DNA from: Anthoceros angustus
Taxonomy: Eukaryota > Plantae > Anthocerotophyta
NCBI GenBank assembly: GCA_010909165.1
Contig: MU008226.1
Coordinates: 11,530-75,529 of the forward strand
Length of the DNA stretch: 64,000 nucleotides
Direction of reading: 5' to 3'
Shown here: piece after piece, positions 35,865 through 49,222 of the stretch
How positions within the stretch are numbered: the stretch's first letter is position 1
How the letters are laid out: the number at the start of each line of letters is the position of its first letter
The notes under the pieces: generated by a model
What the model was told of the DNA's origin: nothing
Databases searched by the model: none
The model's input: only the letters and a program-made list of their open reading frames with translations
Translations under genes and position numbers: made by a program

Positions 35865-36899
35865 ACATGGCAGCACGTTGAAGGGGTTTCTCCAAAACGG
35901 TATTGCAAGTTCTGCAGTCTAATCACAGTCCTTGTCTGACTTTTCTCTCCTCTGACATTTAAGATGCCTTTGGAAGATATTTCAACTGGCATGTTCCACG
36001 AAGAAGTGGTTAAGACAGCTTGGTTGAGGCATAAGCAGAGATGGGCGTCCAGGAAACTCTTTATAGGTGACAAAGACCCAGGCCTTGAGGTTTAGGACTG
36101 AAGCATCCTCAGTTCTTCTTGTATGGATTTCCATAACCTTGTTGGTTTGTGCCTCTGAGTACCGGTTTGGCAAAAAGGTTTGGCTTGGGCTCAATTCTGC
36201 TATGGAGTTGCAAGCGGGCTTTCTTGTCTCAGAAAATATGGGTACGATTAGTATGTTAGGAACGTTCGGGGTACTACACTGGATACCAAGAAAGCACATA
36301 CTTTTTTCTAAATTCTTTGCTCCATCCGAGCTGAAAATCTTCTTTACCGCCCCGTGCACCTTGTAACGGCCACGTACCTCCACAGCATATACCGCTCCTA
36401 TTACAGACGAAATATCCTCCTTTTGGCGTCGAGAGACCATTTCCGTTATTAGGAGCACTGGTTTCATATATGCTCACCTGTAAGAGTGAGATGAAGCAAT
36501 GTCTAAAAGTTATGTTGGAGCGGAGCGTGAGCTGCGCTGCTGGTGGGGTGGCCACCGACGAGAAAGTCTGCAGGGTGGACGCGTGGTGTGCGAGCGGAGC
36601 CATAACGGGCCTATTGGGACATTGCGTAGGATGTTGCTTACCTCCCTTGTGTGAGTCACATGTAAAACATTTTAATTCTAAAGCATTTGAGGCCACACGA
36701 TATACAATCTATGTAGTCCACAGCAAAAGGGCTAATGTAAGGTCCTTTAGGGCGGTCTAATACATGATCTCGTGCCAATGGGCCACTATTGTAAGGCAAT
36801 CCAGTGGCCTCCTTGTTGGTTATTGACGTTGTAAGGCCCTCTAGGGTACTCGAATGAGTGGAATATAAATACCGATCTTCTCACTAAAAAGATCGATTT

Positions 36900-39650
36900 G
36901 CACTTCGTTAAGTAAACTATTTCACGTAAGCGGATATCCTTCCCTGCCCTATCGAACCTATTCCTTTGTATTGCTTTTATGATACAAAGATGCATTAATT
37001 TTATGATACAATAACGTTGAGAATCTTGAGCTAAGTCTATTGCACAAATTTATTTTGTTGGATGGTAAATCGTCTATCTATGTTGTCTCATTATAAATCT
37101 TAGATGCAAGTTATTTTATGTTGTCTCATTATAAATCTTATATGCAAGTTATTTTATGTAATAAAAATAAATGAGTGACCAATACCTGTCTGAAAAGGGA
37201 AATCTTATTGGACATATAAGAGTTATAGATATGAAGGCTATTGACAAGCGCATAACACAAGGGCCTAAAACAATCTTGAAGAATTCTAAGCAATGTTCGA
37301 GTTTTACAATCATTTGAGAAGTAATGAGCTTCACGGATGGGAATTTGTGATGATGTATCCATTGATGCTCAAAGTGAAACGTTGTCTTTGGAGATCGATT
37401 GTGTCAAGAAGAATCTCATAGAAAGGGTATTAAGCAGATTATCAAATAAATAGATAGAAAGAGACTTTCCCATGGATATCACACATTTAAACTCGAGATC
37501 GTGTTGATGTATTTTTATATTTCGGACTACATGAAATTACAAGAGAGCATATATACTTCCATGATGACTAGAGAAGAAGTACGTAAAATGCGTGGTCTGA
37601 GTTGACAACTATATAACATGAATAGAAAACAAAGGAGGTAAGTGATATATATACATGCTAAAATATAATATTTTAATTAAAAAATAAAAATATGGCACTA
37701 TGTACAAATAGAGTAACTTATGTAAATTGTGCATAAGGCTATCAATAATAAAAAGAAATAAAAATAATATATTACATATAACTAGGCAGAAAGATTAATG
37801 TATTCAATTTTGACTTATAAATATGAATTCATAAATAATAGGAAGAAAAAATTAAAGTAGACTTAGAAATGCAACTACAAAGACTCGACGTCAAGCTGAG
37901 CTTGAGCTACGACGTGAAGCAACAATGAATAAATACCAGGTTGAAATACTTGAAGATATAACATAATTCTCTGGATCCTAGATATTGACATAAATTTAAT
38001 TTATTAGAAGCTCTTTGGAAGATAAGAAAAAGCAAGAGTTATTTTTGCTACAATGGAGCTAGCATGTTTACATTCATGTAAAGCTAAAGTGTATTTCTAT
38101 GGTCGTGGTGTATCTTTCTACAAATTAGCCATAGTATTGTTCTTGATGTGCATTCAAATAATAGTCTTTCTTGCTCAAATTTTTGTAGCCTCTAGAGTTA
38201 AACATAAGATTGGCAATAATGTGCAATTTTAAGATCATTGACTCTATTCACAGGTCCTCTTGTATTGAGAAGGCCAATGAAAGTAGAAGATGTTTTTCTG
38301 AGGAATTATGAAGAAGGCATTATTCCACTACATAAAATGTGCCAAACAAAAACATTTTCCTCTTGGAGCTTGAGAGTATTACAAGAACAACAAAAATCAC
38401 GCACAAAGATTTCTTTCTACTAAAAGATTTTTCAAAAGGGATGGTGTCAAGGATTGTTTTGGAGCAAATGGCATGAAATCGTGATCGATAAGCAATATCA
38501 TGGACGATTACTCGAGACACACTACAATTGAGAGGTATGTGTTTAGTTTTATATATACACTAAATATATATCTTGCAACTTTTGACTTCACTTTTGATTA
38601 TACGCTTTCAAGATATGCAACTTTTGCCACTTTTGATTATACTCTTCCAAGATATAGCTTGTAGACATCTTTTATGGAAATGATTGATTTGATAAGTATA
38701 GTAATTATAATAATCATACATTCATTGAATTTTATTACTAAGTATTTTATATAATATTTTATAAAACTATTCAATCATTAGAATTAGCAACTTATTATCA
38801 CATCAACTTATGATACTTTAGGCCATCCAACAATTTAAACAACTTGAAAATTTTGGAGAAAAGAAAAGAAAGGATAATTTGAGCAAACAAGCTTGGGGAC
38901 AATGGCGACTAGAAGAAGCAAGAACCCTCAAATTCATGATTGAACTTGAAGAAGACCGAATTGGGTGTGAGCATATAGGTTTAAGTGCATGCCTCTAAAC
39001 TGCAATGTGCTATATTTATCTATTCTAGAGTATATTAATGGTTTTACAAAATTAACCTCAAGTTAAACATTTCATGCTTTCAAGCAATTGTTTGATTTTG
39101 CTCATTTTTAAATTAAATTTCATATCTCATACATGTAAAAGCCAAGGTAGAAGGTGCCTGAAAGATTAACAAGAATGACAACCTGCATTCATGGTCATAT
39201 AGGGCACTATCCAGCTTTCGTGGATGGCAAGATGCAATAGAACATCAAAGAGTTGAGATTTCTAAGAAGGAAAGTAGTGTGGTGTAAAATTCATAATTGG
39301 CTTAATGAGAATCTTGATGTTAGTATAAAAGTCTAGCATTTCTTCATGACGCAATTCAAAGTAAGATTTCATAATAAAATTGGATTTTCACATCATATAT
39401 GTAAAGAATAATTTTTACATAATACTTTCTAATTTGACTAGATAAAATTTAACGATCACCCCCATTATACTTACCCTAGTTGGTAGGCACCGCACCTAAT
39501 TGGTTAGGTGTATCTTTCAATATTCAATTCAATAGAAGGATGGTTTGGTGTGGAATAATTGTTTATCAATCATACTAAAAAGTAAAATTTATTTATGAAT
39601 AAATTTTTATTATATTTTAATTTTATTAGGTGTGTACCAATATATGTATC
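36900..39650 (+). other. AT-rich relic with short exon-like fragments, probably a decayed DNA transposon or Helitron
   Basis: Low GC; coding-like pieces (QRLDVKLSLSYDV / RRQAELELRREATMNKYQ-like) flanked by GT donors; no diagnostic domain. Confidence 0.25.
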
Positions 39651-42600
39651 TACTTATACCTAGATGTGGAATGCAATTTTGGGTCACGCTCAAGTGGGTT
39701 CGTTTTGGAGAAGACCCAATTTCTTTTGGTGAACGGTTTGAAAGGAATGTGTTAGAACTTTTTTTGGTTCTTTTGGAGTCGTAGGATAGTGTTAGGAAGG
39801 AAGGTAGAAAGCTTAGGGAGAAAGCGGGCAAAATGGCCTTCAAGAGAGGAGAGTAGGTGCCAAACCCTAATCAACGGCATCTCTGTCAGGGTGGGTGCCT
39901 CACTGGTGGTGGGGTGGCTACCTATTAATGTAGGTTGTTCGAGTAGAAGACATGGTAAAGGACTATATATGTGATTAGTGGGCGGATTAGGATAATTATG
40001 TCTTAAATAGGGTAGTTAAAGACAATCCAAGATAATTAGGATAATTAGGATGAATTTGGTAATTAGAATGATTAAGAGAAATTAGGAAATTAGATAATTA
40101 GGAAAATACCAATTCAGGATAAGGCAATAAGGGAAATTAATATTTCCGATATCGATGGTGAGGAAGGTGCGATGTGGCACCCATCTAACAATCAAGGTTT
40201 GGGAGGCATTACTTCAACCGGACCCCCACTCACCTTTTCTCTTGCAGCTTGGAGTCCCCACAATTGCATGTCAATGTAAGGGAGGCGGCCGTGGTAGCTG
40301 GGCGCGCGCTATGGTGGCGAGCACAAGGGCAGCGTACAATGGCTACGCCGAGGAGGAAGCGCCTGCATTGTGGCAAGAGCACGAGAGGGCACTAGGAGTA
40401 AGCCCGGGTGGCGGTGGCGCAGATTGGGTGGTTGCATTGGAGCGGTTGTAAGAAATTGTATGGCGAAGGAGCGACGGGCTAGAAGAAGAAACCCCTATGA
40501 CGGTGAAGAGGGAGAAGAGATTGTGTGTAGTGGACAAGTTGTTGGGGAGGCTGTGGCCTAGGGCGGAGGCTCAGCAGAGCCTAAGGGCTGTGGTTTGAGG
40601 CCAAAGCACTAGGAGGCCGTTGAGAGATGAGTTGTGGCAGAGAGGGCGCCAGTTGCCTGGGGTCTTAGGAGCTTGTGGGCAGTTCGGGAGGAATTTGCCA
40701 CTTTTTGTGGCAATTGGGACTAGGAGACACCTCTTGAGGGAATAGGGGTAAAAGGCTTGGCAAGGGTGTGCAAAGGGCTGTTGAGGGCTCTGTTTGGCTA
40801 TTGAGGCTAAGGCTGGAGTGCAGGTAACCTACCATGGGGAAGTAGGAGTCACGGAGGAAGGAGTTTTCTCCTCAATTTCTTGAAGGGAATCAGGAAGGAG
40901 ACATGGTGAAGACTCCTAGGGTGAGTAGAGCAAAGAAGAAGGGGCCACGCCAAGCGGAGGCCACCTCAAGTCAATCACCCTTGAAGGAGAAGGGGCAGCT
41001 AAAGGCAAGGAGGCTAAGGCGAGACTCGAATTCCCAAGAAGGGGCTGGAAATGCCCAAGTTTATGTGCTTTGCGGATCGGATGTTCCCAAAGGACTTGAT
41101 GGATTTTAGACCGAGCTAGGAGAATATCCAAGCGGTGGGTGTGTAAGCCTTGGGCCTACTCAAATGCAGGTTGATTGAGGTGCTACTGAGCCTCCATCAA
41201 TCGGAGGATTATTTAGCAACCCTACTAGAGAGGAACGGGACTAACCCTCGATGGGACGGTGTGCAGCAGACAGTGTATGGAAGACCTCACAACGAGGATA
41301 GCGGGATAGTTCTCATGGAGAGAACTGGTAATGAGAAGAGGTCTCCTATGCCACCTTTGCTTGATGAGGCCGTAGCTCTCATGGTGGGATTGTGGGAGGA
41401 AAATCCCGGGCTTCCGAGATTCACCCTCTAGAGGTCATACTTATCCCATCGCTTAATACGTTGGGTTTAGTCCCATGAGACTTGTGTGGACCGTCGGATT
41501 TTGAGAGATCAATCGCTGACTACACCCACTCACAACATCAGCCCCTCAACAAGCAAGGCGCCCTCTAACTTCCCTCTACAGATGCACCACTTGCCTTTGC
41601 TCCAAAATTCACCAACTCGACCTACAACGACACAACACAATGAGGCCATGCCTCAGCGGAAAGGAGTCCACCACAGGCGCCAGGGACCCCGGCCACGCCC
41701 GCGATTTTGTCCCCACCTCCTCCAACGATGGAGCGCTTCTTGCAGATTTGGGATTTCCCCGTAGGCTCGCCTTGGGCCTTCTGCTATTTCCTACACTCTA
41801 ATCCTCTACTCAACATTCCACTCCTCCTCATCCTCAACGCTCAGCTCGACTCAACTCATCATCCTCCTACTCTAACCTCACTTCAAGCTCATTGGCCCCA
41901 ACTCCCTTACAGCTGGCTTGGGGTCCACCTACAAGCCAGCAAGTTCTTCCTTGGGCGGTTGCTTTGAGTTTGACACAGGGCAGTGAGAACCTCTAGAGTC
42001 TTTCACGTAGTCTACCCTCAAGCCGAGAGTCCCTTGGGCATTGCCACACACCCAAAGCAAAGCAATTTCACAGCAACCATTCACAAGGGGCCCGCAGGAT
42101 CGAGCCCTCTACCAAGCACTCCGACCACCGCAAACTTCCTTTCTACCAGACACTGTGTTAGCTTTTAGTCGGCACGAAATTCCTTCACCAGGAGCAAAGG
42201 ACTCACGAGTTTGGAAGTGCAAGACGTGATACTTTACCTCTCAAAACTTGTCCTCTTATGTAGAACATATATATACGGCCTCCCTTAGTCTAGACTCCCT
42301 CTTCCTTGATGGCTGCCAGCTACACAATTTAATATTTCTTGACCTTTCAAAAGGCCTCATTAATACTTTCCTTGGAAACTTAACCCAACCGTTAGCAGGC
42401 CTTTAAATAATTCTTATCTACCTCACCCACTTGCAACCATCATAGCTTCCTCTTTAACACTCCTAGCTAACAATAGTCCTAGCTACAAGCAATCCTCCAA
42501 GGCGTCAAGCTGTGATCCTAAGAGAGTTGTCAAGTTTTTAAAACCTTAGGGGAGACCTTACCCTTATCTTCCCCCACACTCCTTATTACCATCCATTCTA

Positions 42601-42811
42601 GCTCAATGGGCTCAAGAGTAGAGCCCTCTCGTCCTCCTTGAGGGAGGATATAGCTTCGAGTTTGTTAAGATGGATATGACTATGTAAAGATGTAGGTGAT
42701 TGAGCTTACTATAAGTATATAGAAGTGGGTAAATGAAACATATACCCCTATTGAGTAGAAAATGTGAGTGACACTTTTAGGGTTTAACAGGGTGAGACCA
42801 GCTAGCTATAG

Positions 42812-43024
42812 GCCAAATGGCTTAGGCCAAATGGACACACATTTATAAGAACGCTGTGATTAAGCATTTTGAGCTTAGATCAGTACTTAAATGGGGTGCC
42901 TAAAGGAGTGGATGCCCTTGGTGCAAGTAGCTTAGGCACACCATGGTACAAGTTGTCAAGTACCAAGTCCCATGACGGAAATCCGTCCTTACTGGACTTA
43001 AGTAAAATTCTTCTTCTTCTTCTT
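42812..43024 (+). mobile_element. 5S-rRNA-like SINE copy 1, complete
   Basis: 5S A-box/C-box-like core at ~42847-42900; (TTC)n tail; CTATAG TSD at 42806-42811 and 43025-43030. Confidence 0.85.
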
Positions 43025-43297
43025 CTATAGCAAGTTCAGCTCTTTGACTATTGTCTTTGTGTTGTTTGCTCAAAGTTGCTCTTCATTTGTGTTTTAAGGC
43101 CTTGTATAGGTGGTCTTAGTTTTGCAATTCTGAACACTTGCTTTCTTGACACTTCTTACCCTCTTGAAGCATGGTTAGCTTCCAATCTCAACATTTCGCT
43201 GGCCATCCATCCCCTAGTAAGATAGTTCTGACCCTCTTGGCCGCAGGCATGTCTTCCACACATGCTTTCCTTACCCTAGGGGAGGAGGGTTTCACCT

Positions 43298-43410
43298 CCT
43301 TAGCCCCTTGTTCTCCCACTAATTTACCAGTGGCCTCCTTAGCACCTTGTTCTCCCACTAATTTACCAGGGGCCTCCTTAGGCCCTTGTTCTCCCACTAA
43401 TTTACCAGGG
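43298..43410. repeat. 33-bp in-frame tandem repeat x3 (GKLVGEQGAKE-type, minus strand)
   Basis: ccttgttctcccactaatttaccag repeated three times. Confidence 0.9.
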
Positions 43411-44849
43411 GCAGCAACCCCTGACCTTGCTTCCTCTGTAGGGGGAAAAGTATTGGCTTCCCCCATCGCCTCATTCCCCTTAGCAGCCCTCGGACCTACC
43501 GGGAGGTCCCACCTATGGTGGTAGGTAGGTCACCACCACGATGGGTGCCTTACCTCACGGTGAGGGTACTCCGGCCACGGCAATGGGTGCACGACTCGTC
43601 GGTGGGTCTCATACCTTCACTGAGGTAAGCTCCCACCGTGCAATCACCCCTTTCCTCGCCATCGGCAGCGCCTATCACAAGGGCTCCCCTAGCTGCCCTG
43701 TCCTTCCTGCTGTACTTCCTCTTCCTCGGTAGCCTCCTCCCACTCGGACTCCTTGGAGTCCATGTCACTCTTAGCTTCTTCAAAGTCTAAGGATCCGACC
43801 ATCGTCATAAGGGCCTCCCTGTCATCATCATGTGGCCCGCATCCTCCTCTTCACAATATTTTTTGCAATGAGCTTACACTCCAAACTACCACCATGCTTC
43901 ATGAGCTTGGGTTTCCTTGTTGAAACCCTTTCGGCATCGGCTTCTTCGCAACCTCATCCTTGCAGCTTGGCCCTTAGCAATCCCATAAGGAGAACAAACA
44001 CCAAGATGCAAGAAAGAAAAAAGAAGATAAGAGGAGAAGAAGAAGACATGGGAGATTGCCCTTTGCCATGCTTTTTAAGAACTCACTATCTACAACAAAT
44101 AGAAAAGAAGAGATCATCATAGATTCTACAATAGCTCAGCTAGAAGGCAAGAGAATTCACCCAAGCACTAAGGAAACTAAGGACGCCCCCCACCCCTCTA
44201 AGAAGAAATTCACTCTCAAAACCCAGCCAAGGCACACCAAGACCCGAGAAATTGGTAGCACAAGAAAGAGAACACCAAGAGATGGCGGCCTCACTCCTAA
44301 GATGGCACACACACAAGCAGAGGGCGCATACACAAGCTCTAGCTCACTCCCCCCTGTACTTTAAGACAACGCTCCAGTCTTCTCATGTGACAATTATAGC
44401 AACAGAGCTTGCCCAAATTGAATCCTAAATTGCAGCCATGAAATTAAATGGTTATTGCAAGCATGCAGCCATATCCCATCCATTATTCCACACAGCCAGC
44501 CATAACTTCTAATTTCTATCGAGCCATCATCAATGCATGAATCTAAGGCTTCTCCTCATCCATCTTGCACAAATTCAAGACCTTAGCTGGTTTGCACCAA
44601 GAAGGCTCTTAAGTCATTAATCCTTCAGCTCAGCAAGAAGAACATTCCACCATCTCCTTGGCCCTAGGCGCCCATAGAGACCATCTTGCCCAGCAAAACC
44701 CAAGGAAAAAGCTCAATCCTCAGCCTCCAAAACCCATGCGCGGGCTGCCTCGACCCCTACTAAGCACTCTCCCAATCAGCTCGACCCTCTAGCACTCTCC
44801 CAATGAACTCCCGTGTGTCTTCTCAAATATGAGCTTATATTCCTCACAC

Positions 44850-44905
44850 AAAAAGCACCCCATTTGGCTGATCCGTCCTTAGCACGCTTAATTCTTGAGT
44901 TTTAC
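44850..44905 (-). promoter_or_regulatory. 5S internal-control-region-like motif followed by T5
   Basis: Minus strand aaaactcaagaaTTAAGCGTGCTaaggacggatcagccaaATGGGgtgcTTTTT. Confidence 0.55.
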
Positions 44906-46519
44906 ACTCCAATATCCAACACACCAAGTTCCCTTGTGCATGCCTGCTAAATAAATTTTACTCATTCCCTATTGAACTCCTCACCAAGCTCCTTACCAAC
45001 ATTTCTCCTTAGCGAACTCCTCCACCAACTCTCGTATTAGCCTCGTTGCTGCCCAACTCTTTCGCCACCACAACGGCATCCCTTCACATCTACTTGCAGC
45101 CCTACTACAAATTCCGCCTTCATGATGCACACCCTGTTGCGATTCCTTCACCATGTTGCAGCCCACCTGCTGCCTTCTTGTGGCTGTGTTACACCTCCAT
45201 CTTGCAGCCCAGCTGCAAATTTAGCTTGCCATGAGCGCTCTACCACGACCTCCTAGTTTGCTTTGCGGTCCTATCATGCCATCCTCACACGCGTTACTCT
45301 ACAAGCACTTCCACATGCTTCGGCACCACCATGGCCTCCTCTTGCAAATGATTAGCATTCGGTGCACCATAACTTCAGCTTTCTTCCCTGTCTTCTTTAT
45401 CCTTTGCCTTGTGGCCTTCATCCTCCTGCAACATGTGCTAGGCACTCTCCAATTCCCCTTCCTTCACCCCCAAACTACGGCGGGTCTCTCTTAAAACATC
45501 TTGGACACTCCCTCCTTGCTTGGCATGGCCCCTTGGTGTCCATACCATAGTAGGTATGGTACCTACCCTCATAGGTGCAGCACCACCATGGTAGGTATCG
45601 TACTACCATGGTAGGTTCCACCAACCACTTCTTTGCCCTCACATCTTATGTTCCTGGAGCCTCTCCTTGGGACTCCTTGCGTGTTGCCTCTTGCTTTGGT
45701 GCAAGTTGACATAACATTCCTCAATCAACTCTAAATTCAATAAGCCCAAATCTCTACCATACACCCAATCTAGCTGAATATTCTCCTCCGCTGTCCAAGG
45801 CCTAAAATCTGCAAGGTCCTTTAAGGTAATTGCCCTGCAAAGCATGTGAATTGTGGCATATCTAGCTTCCATCCTTGGTGTGGAGTTCCAACCTTAGGCT
45901 TGACCTTTGCACCCTGCTCCTTTGTGGGTGGCTTGGTCTTCGGCCGCCTCCTTTCCTTCACTTTGGAAGGCCTTTTCATGGCTTTCTTGTTGAGCTCTTG
46001 CACAAAGTTGAGAAAAAGGGTCACTTCTCCTGCAACTCTTACTACTTGCATTCCTACTGTTGTTGACCTTCCTCCCTTACGGTTTTCACACACAATCCAC
46101 CTTGACCTCGCCCTTGCTCACAATTCTCCTTGCTCCTTCAACCTTGCCTTCCTAAGCACCAACTCCACCTGCTGTATAATAACTAACCACCTAAATAACT
46201 ACTAAGAAAACTTACTTAGTGCCCTAGGTATAAAATAATGTTTAACTAAAGGTGCCCTAGTGAATAGTGCCATAAACCTACTATATTTTATCACTCCCAC
46301 TCACTATGAATTGAGGGTGATTAAGTAGAGTGCTTTTACGGCTTCAAAATGAGCCAAATAGGCATAAAATTGAAAACTAGTTTTAAGGTAAAACTAACTT
46401 GAAAGCATAAGGCAAATAAGGTAAATAATCTAAACCCAATTGGGGTTTAGATCTGGACCTTTTGTCTATAAGGAATGTTCTTCATCTCCTCCTCCTTGTG
46501 ATTGCTTGCAGGACATTGG

Positions 46520-47645
46520 TCTTTGCTAAGCCTTATCTAAAGAGGCGTTGCAATTGGCCTGCAATCAGTCATTCCAAAACGATCCAAGAGTTCCTCAATG
46601 TACTTGAGTTGTCCAAGCTTGATTGTTCTCCTCACCTGTCTCTAACCACTTGAATGCCAAGGCAATAGTTGAGCTCCCCAAGTCCTTCATTTCAAATTGT
46701 CTTGACAACATCTCCTTTACCTCATTGATGGCATCTATAGATGCTCAACAAAATGAGGTCATCCACGTATATGGCTAGAATAACCATAGATTGGAGAACT
46801 TTGGATATGTAGATGCTCTCATCGGCATTGTTGAAATCCTTGCTCCTTTAAGAAGGCATTGATCTTCTCATACCAAGCTCTAGACCCTTGCTTCAATCCA
46901 TAGAGAGCTTTCTTCAATTTGCACACCAAACTCTCATTGCCTTTTTCGATATACCCTTCAGGTTGCTCCATATAAATGTCCTCCTCCAAATCTCCATTGA
47001 GAAATGCAGTTTTACATCCATTTGATGAATCTCCAAATCATCAATTGCTCCACAAGTAAAGTCCTTATTGACACAAATTTGGCCACTGGAGCAAAGGTCT
47101 CATTGTAATCGATGCCTTGTTCTTGGCTATATCCCTTCACCACCAATCTTGCCTTATATCTCTCAATCTGACCATTAGAATCTCTCTTGATTCTAAACAC
47201 CCATTTGCTCCCAATAGCATTCCTTCCCAGCAAGGAGGTTAATACCCAAGTGTCATTCTTCTTCAACGACTTCATCTCATCATCCATAGCTTCTTTCCAT
47301 TGCTTTGCATCCTTCCCTTGTAGTGCTTCAGCTATCGTTCTTGGTTCCCTCCCATATTCCATAGCAATGGATGCAAACTCTGGTCCTTCTCTCCAATCTC
47401 TTGGTGGACGACGCTCCCTTGTTGGATATCTCCTCGGAGGAAGAATTTCTTCTCTCAAGGGTTCTTCCTCATTGTTTCTCTAGGGATCATTTCATTCCCA
47501 TCAATCGAATGACGTCTTTTCCAATTGGTTCTTGAGGTATCACAACCTCATGAGCATCAACAATAGGAAATTTCTGCTATCTATAGTCTCCGCCTCATCA
47601 AAACCACATCTCTACTTATGATGATGCGCCTAGATGCCTTATCAT
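46520..47645 (-). mobile_element. Ty1/copia fragment (INT end to RT N-terminal half)
   Basis: EPRTIAEAL...WKEAMDDEMKSLKKNDTW...KWVFRIKRDSNGQIERYKARLVVKGYSQEQGIDYNETFAPVAK; YVDDL-coding region near 46760. Confidence 0.95.
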
Positions 47646-47799
47646 ACAATCCACAGTGAGCTCAAAGATTGAAAGTCTCGAGCCGAGGAGTACCCAAACG
47701 AATGGTGAAGGCGAGGGTTGGGAAGAGTCCGGGTCAAAGTAGTAGCAATGAGGAGCTGAAGTTGTTGGCTTAGTCTTTGGGTCAAGCGAGGAGCTCCCG

Positions 47800-48620
47800 C
47801 CTTTCTCGCTGGAGAGTGTCGGGAAGCCGAGATAAGTTTCTCTATCCACCAGCCCAATACCTTGAGTGCTTGTGGCGGTGCTTTGGGAAGTCCTTGGTCA
47901 ACAGGGTGATATTGTCGCTTGTGTTGATGTAACAAAGTGAGACTTGCTTGTTGGCCACCACTTGTCGAATAAAGTGATGTTGGATCTCCACATGCTTAGT
48001 CCTTGCGTGCAACACTGGGTTATGAGTCATAGCTATCGCGGATTGGTTGTCGCAGTGCAGCTAGGTTGCCTGATCTTGTTTCTCGTCGATGTCGTCGGCG
48101 AACCGAATCCACAATATCCCTTGGGCGATAGAGTTGTGCGCACTCGGCCTCGGTAGATGAGGTGTGATAGTCTGCATCTTCTTGCAGCCCACGAGACCGC
48201 ATACGTTGATAATAATGCGAGAGCGTTGACCTCCTGAGTCGGGGTCACTAACTGCATTTGAGAAGGAGATTAGAGTGAGTTTGGATGAGTGATCACCTAT
48301 GTAGAGAAGTCCGTATGATTTCGTCCTTTTTAAGTAACGAAGTATTCTCTTGACGCAGGTCCAGTGCACTTTGCCGAGATTGGAGAGGTATCTCGATGCT
48401 ATATTCACGGCTTGTGCAACATCTGGTCTCGTCCAGATTGATAAATAGAGCAGGCTTCCAACCGCCTCGCTGTAGGGGATGCTTCTCATCTCCTGTATTT
48501 CTTCTGCAGTACTGGGGTAGTCTGCTGCTGATACTTTCTCTCCGGAGGCAATTGGTGTAGACACTGGCTTAGCGTCCTTCAGGTTGAATCTTTCCGATCG
48601 CCACGTAATGCTCTTGATGG
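47800..48620 (-). mobile_element. Second Ty1/copia fragment (RT C-terminus and RNase H)
   Basis: PYSEAVGSLLYLSIWTRPDVAQAV...HWTCVKRILRYLK; HARTKHVEIQHHFIR. Confidence 0.92.
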
Positions 48621-49222
48621 ATAAAAGGTGTGCTCTTCCTTCTTAAATTCAAACTGCTTCTAGTCCATAGCGCAGAGGTCCCATGTCGACGACGCCGTAC
48701 TCCATTGATAGCGGTGTCCTTGACATCTTGTATAACTTAAAGGTTCTTGCCAATATAAAATTGTCGTCACGTACAAGGTGACTATTACCGTCTTTGTCTT
48801 CAAGATGTAAACGGTATCGGAGATGAGAGGATGAAGCCACATTTCTGTATCTAGATGTCCACAATCTCATTCCATACTTGTGCAGTTGTTTCAATCAGAA
48901 TGGATTTAAGTAGCTTGATTTTGTCACTCCTTCACAAACCACAGTGGTCAAGCATGTAAATGTCTTTGTGTAGAGTCCCATACAAAATCGCATTGACACG
49001 TGTATGTGCAGGTGATGATGGGCTAAGGCTAAGAACATGATAATCCTTGAAGGGGTTAATATACCCTAAGGGGTTTTCATCCAAATATGGTCGGAAGGGG
49101 GTTTGGGAAGGGTCCCATGCAGTTCCTTTGGGCAACATCGCTCCAAAAAAGCCTGAAAATAAGGGTGGATAATGGATGGAATCGACGTCCGGGCAAGGCT
49201 CCATCACACAAAGGGTGAGGGG

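Larger units (their letters stand above)
39664..46450 (-). mobile_element. Ty3-type LTR/accessory-ORF-like region with no pol seen; boundaries approximate
   Basis: Contains the repeat shared with 28905-29712, which adjoins Ty3 integrase; TATATAT at ~42268; minus-strand degenerate ORF pieces at 43100-46100. Confidence 0.45.

Noticed and set aside
40000-40140. aattagga low-complexity repeats as a distinct element
   Set aside because: Degenerate simple repeat typical of LTR/UTR DNA.
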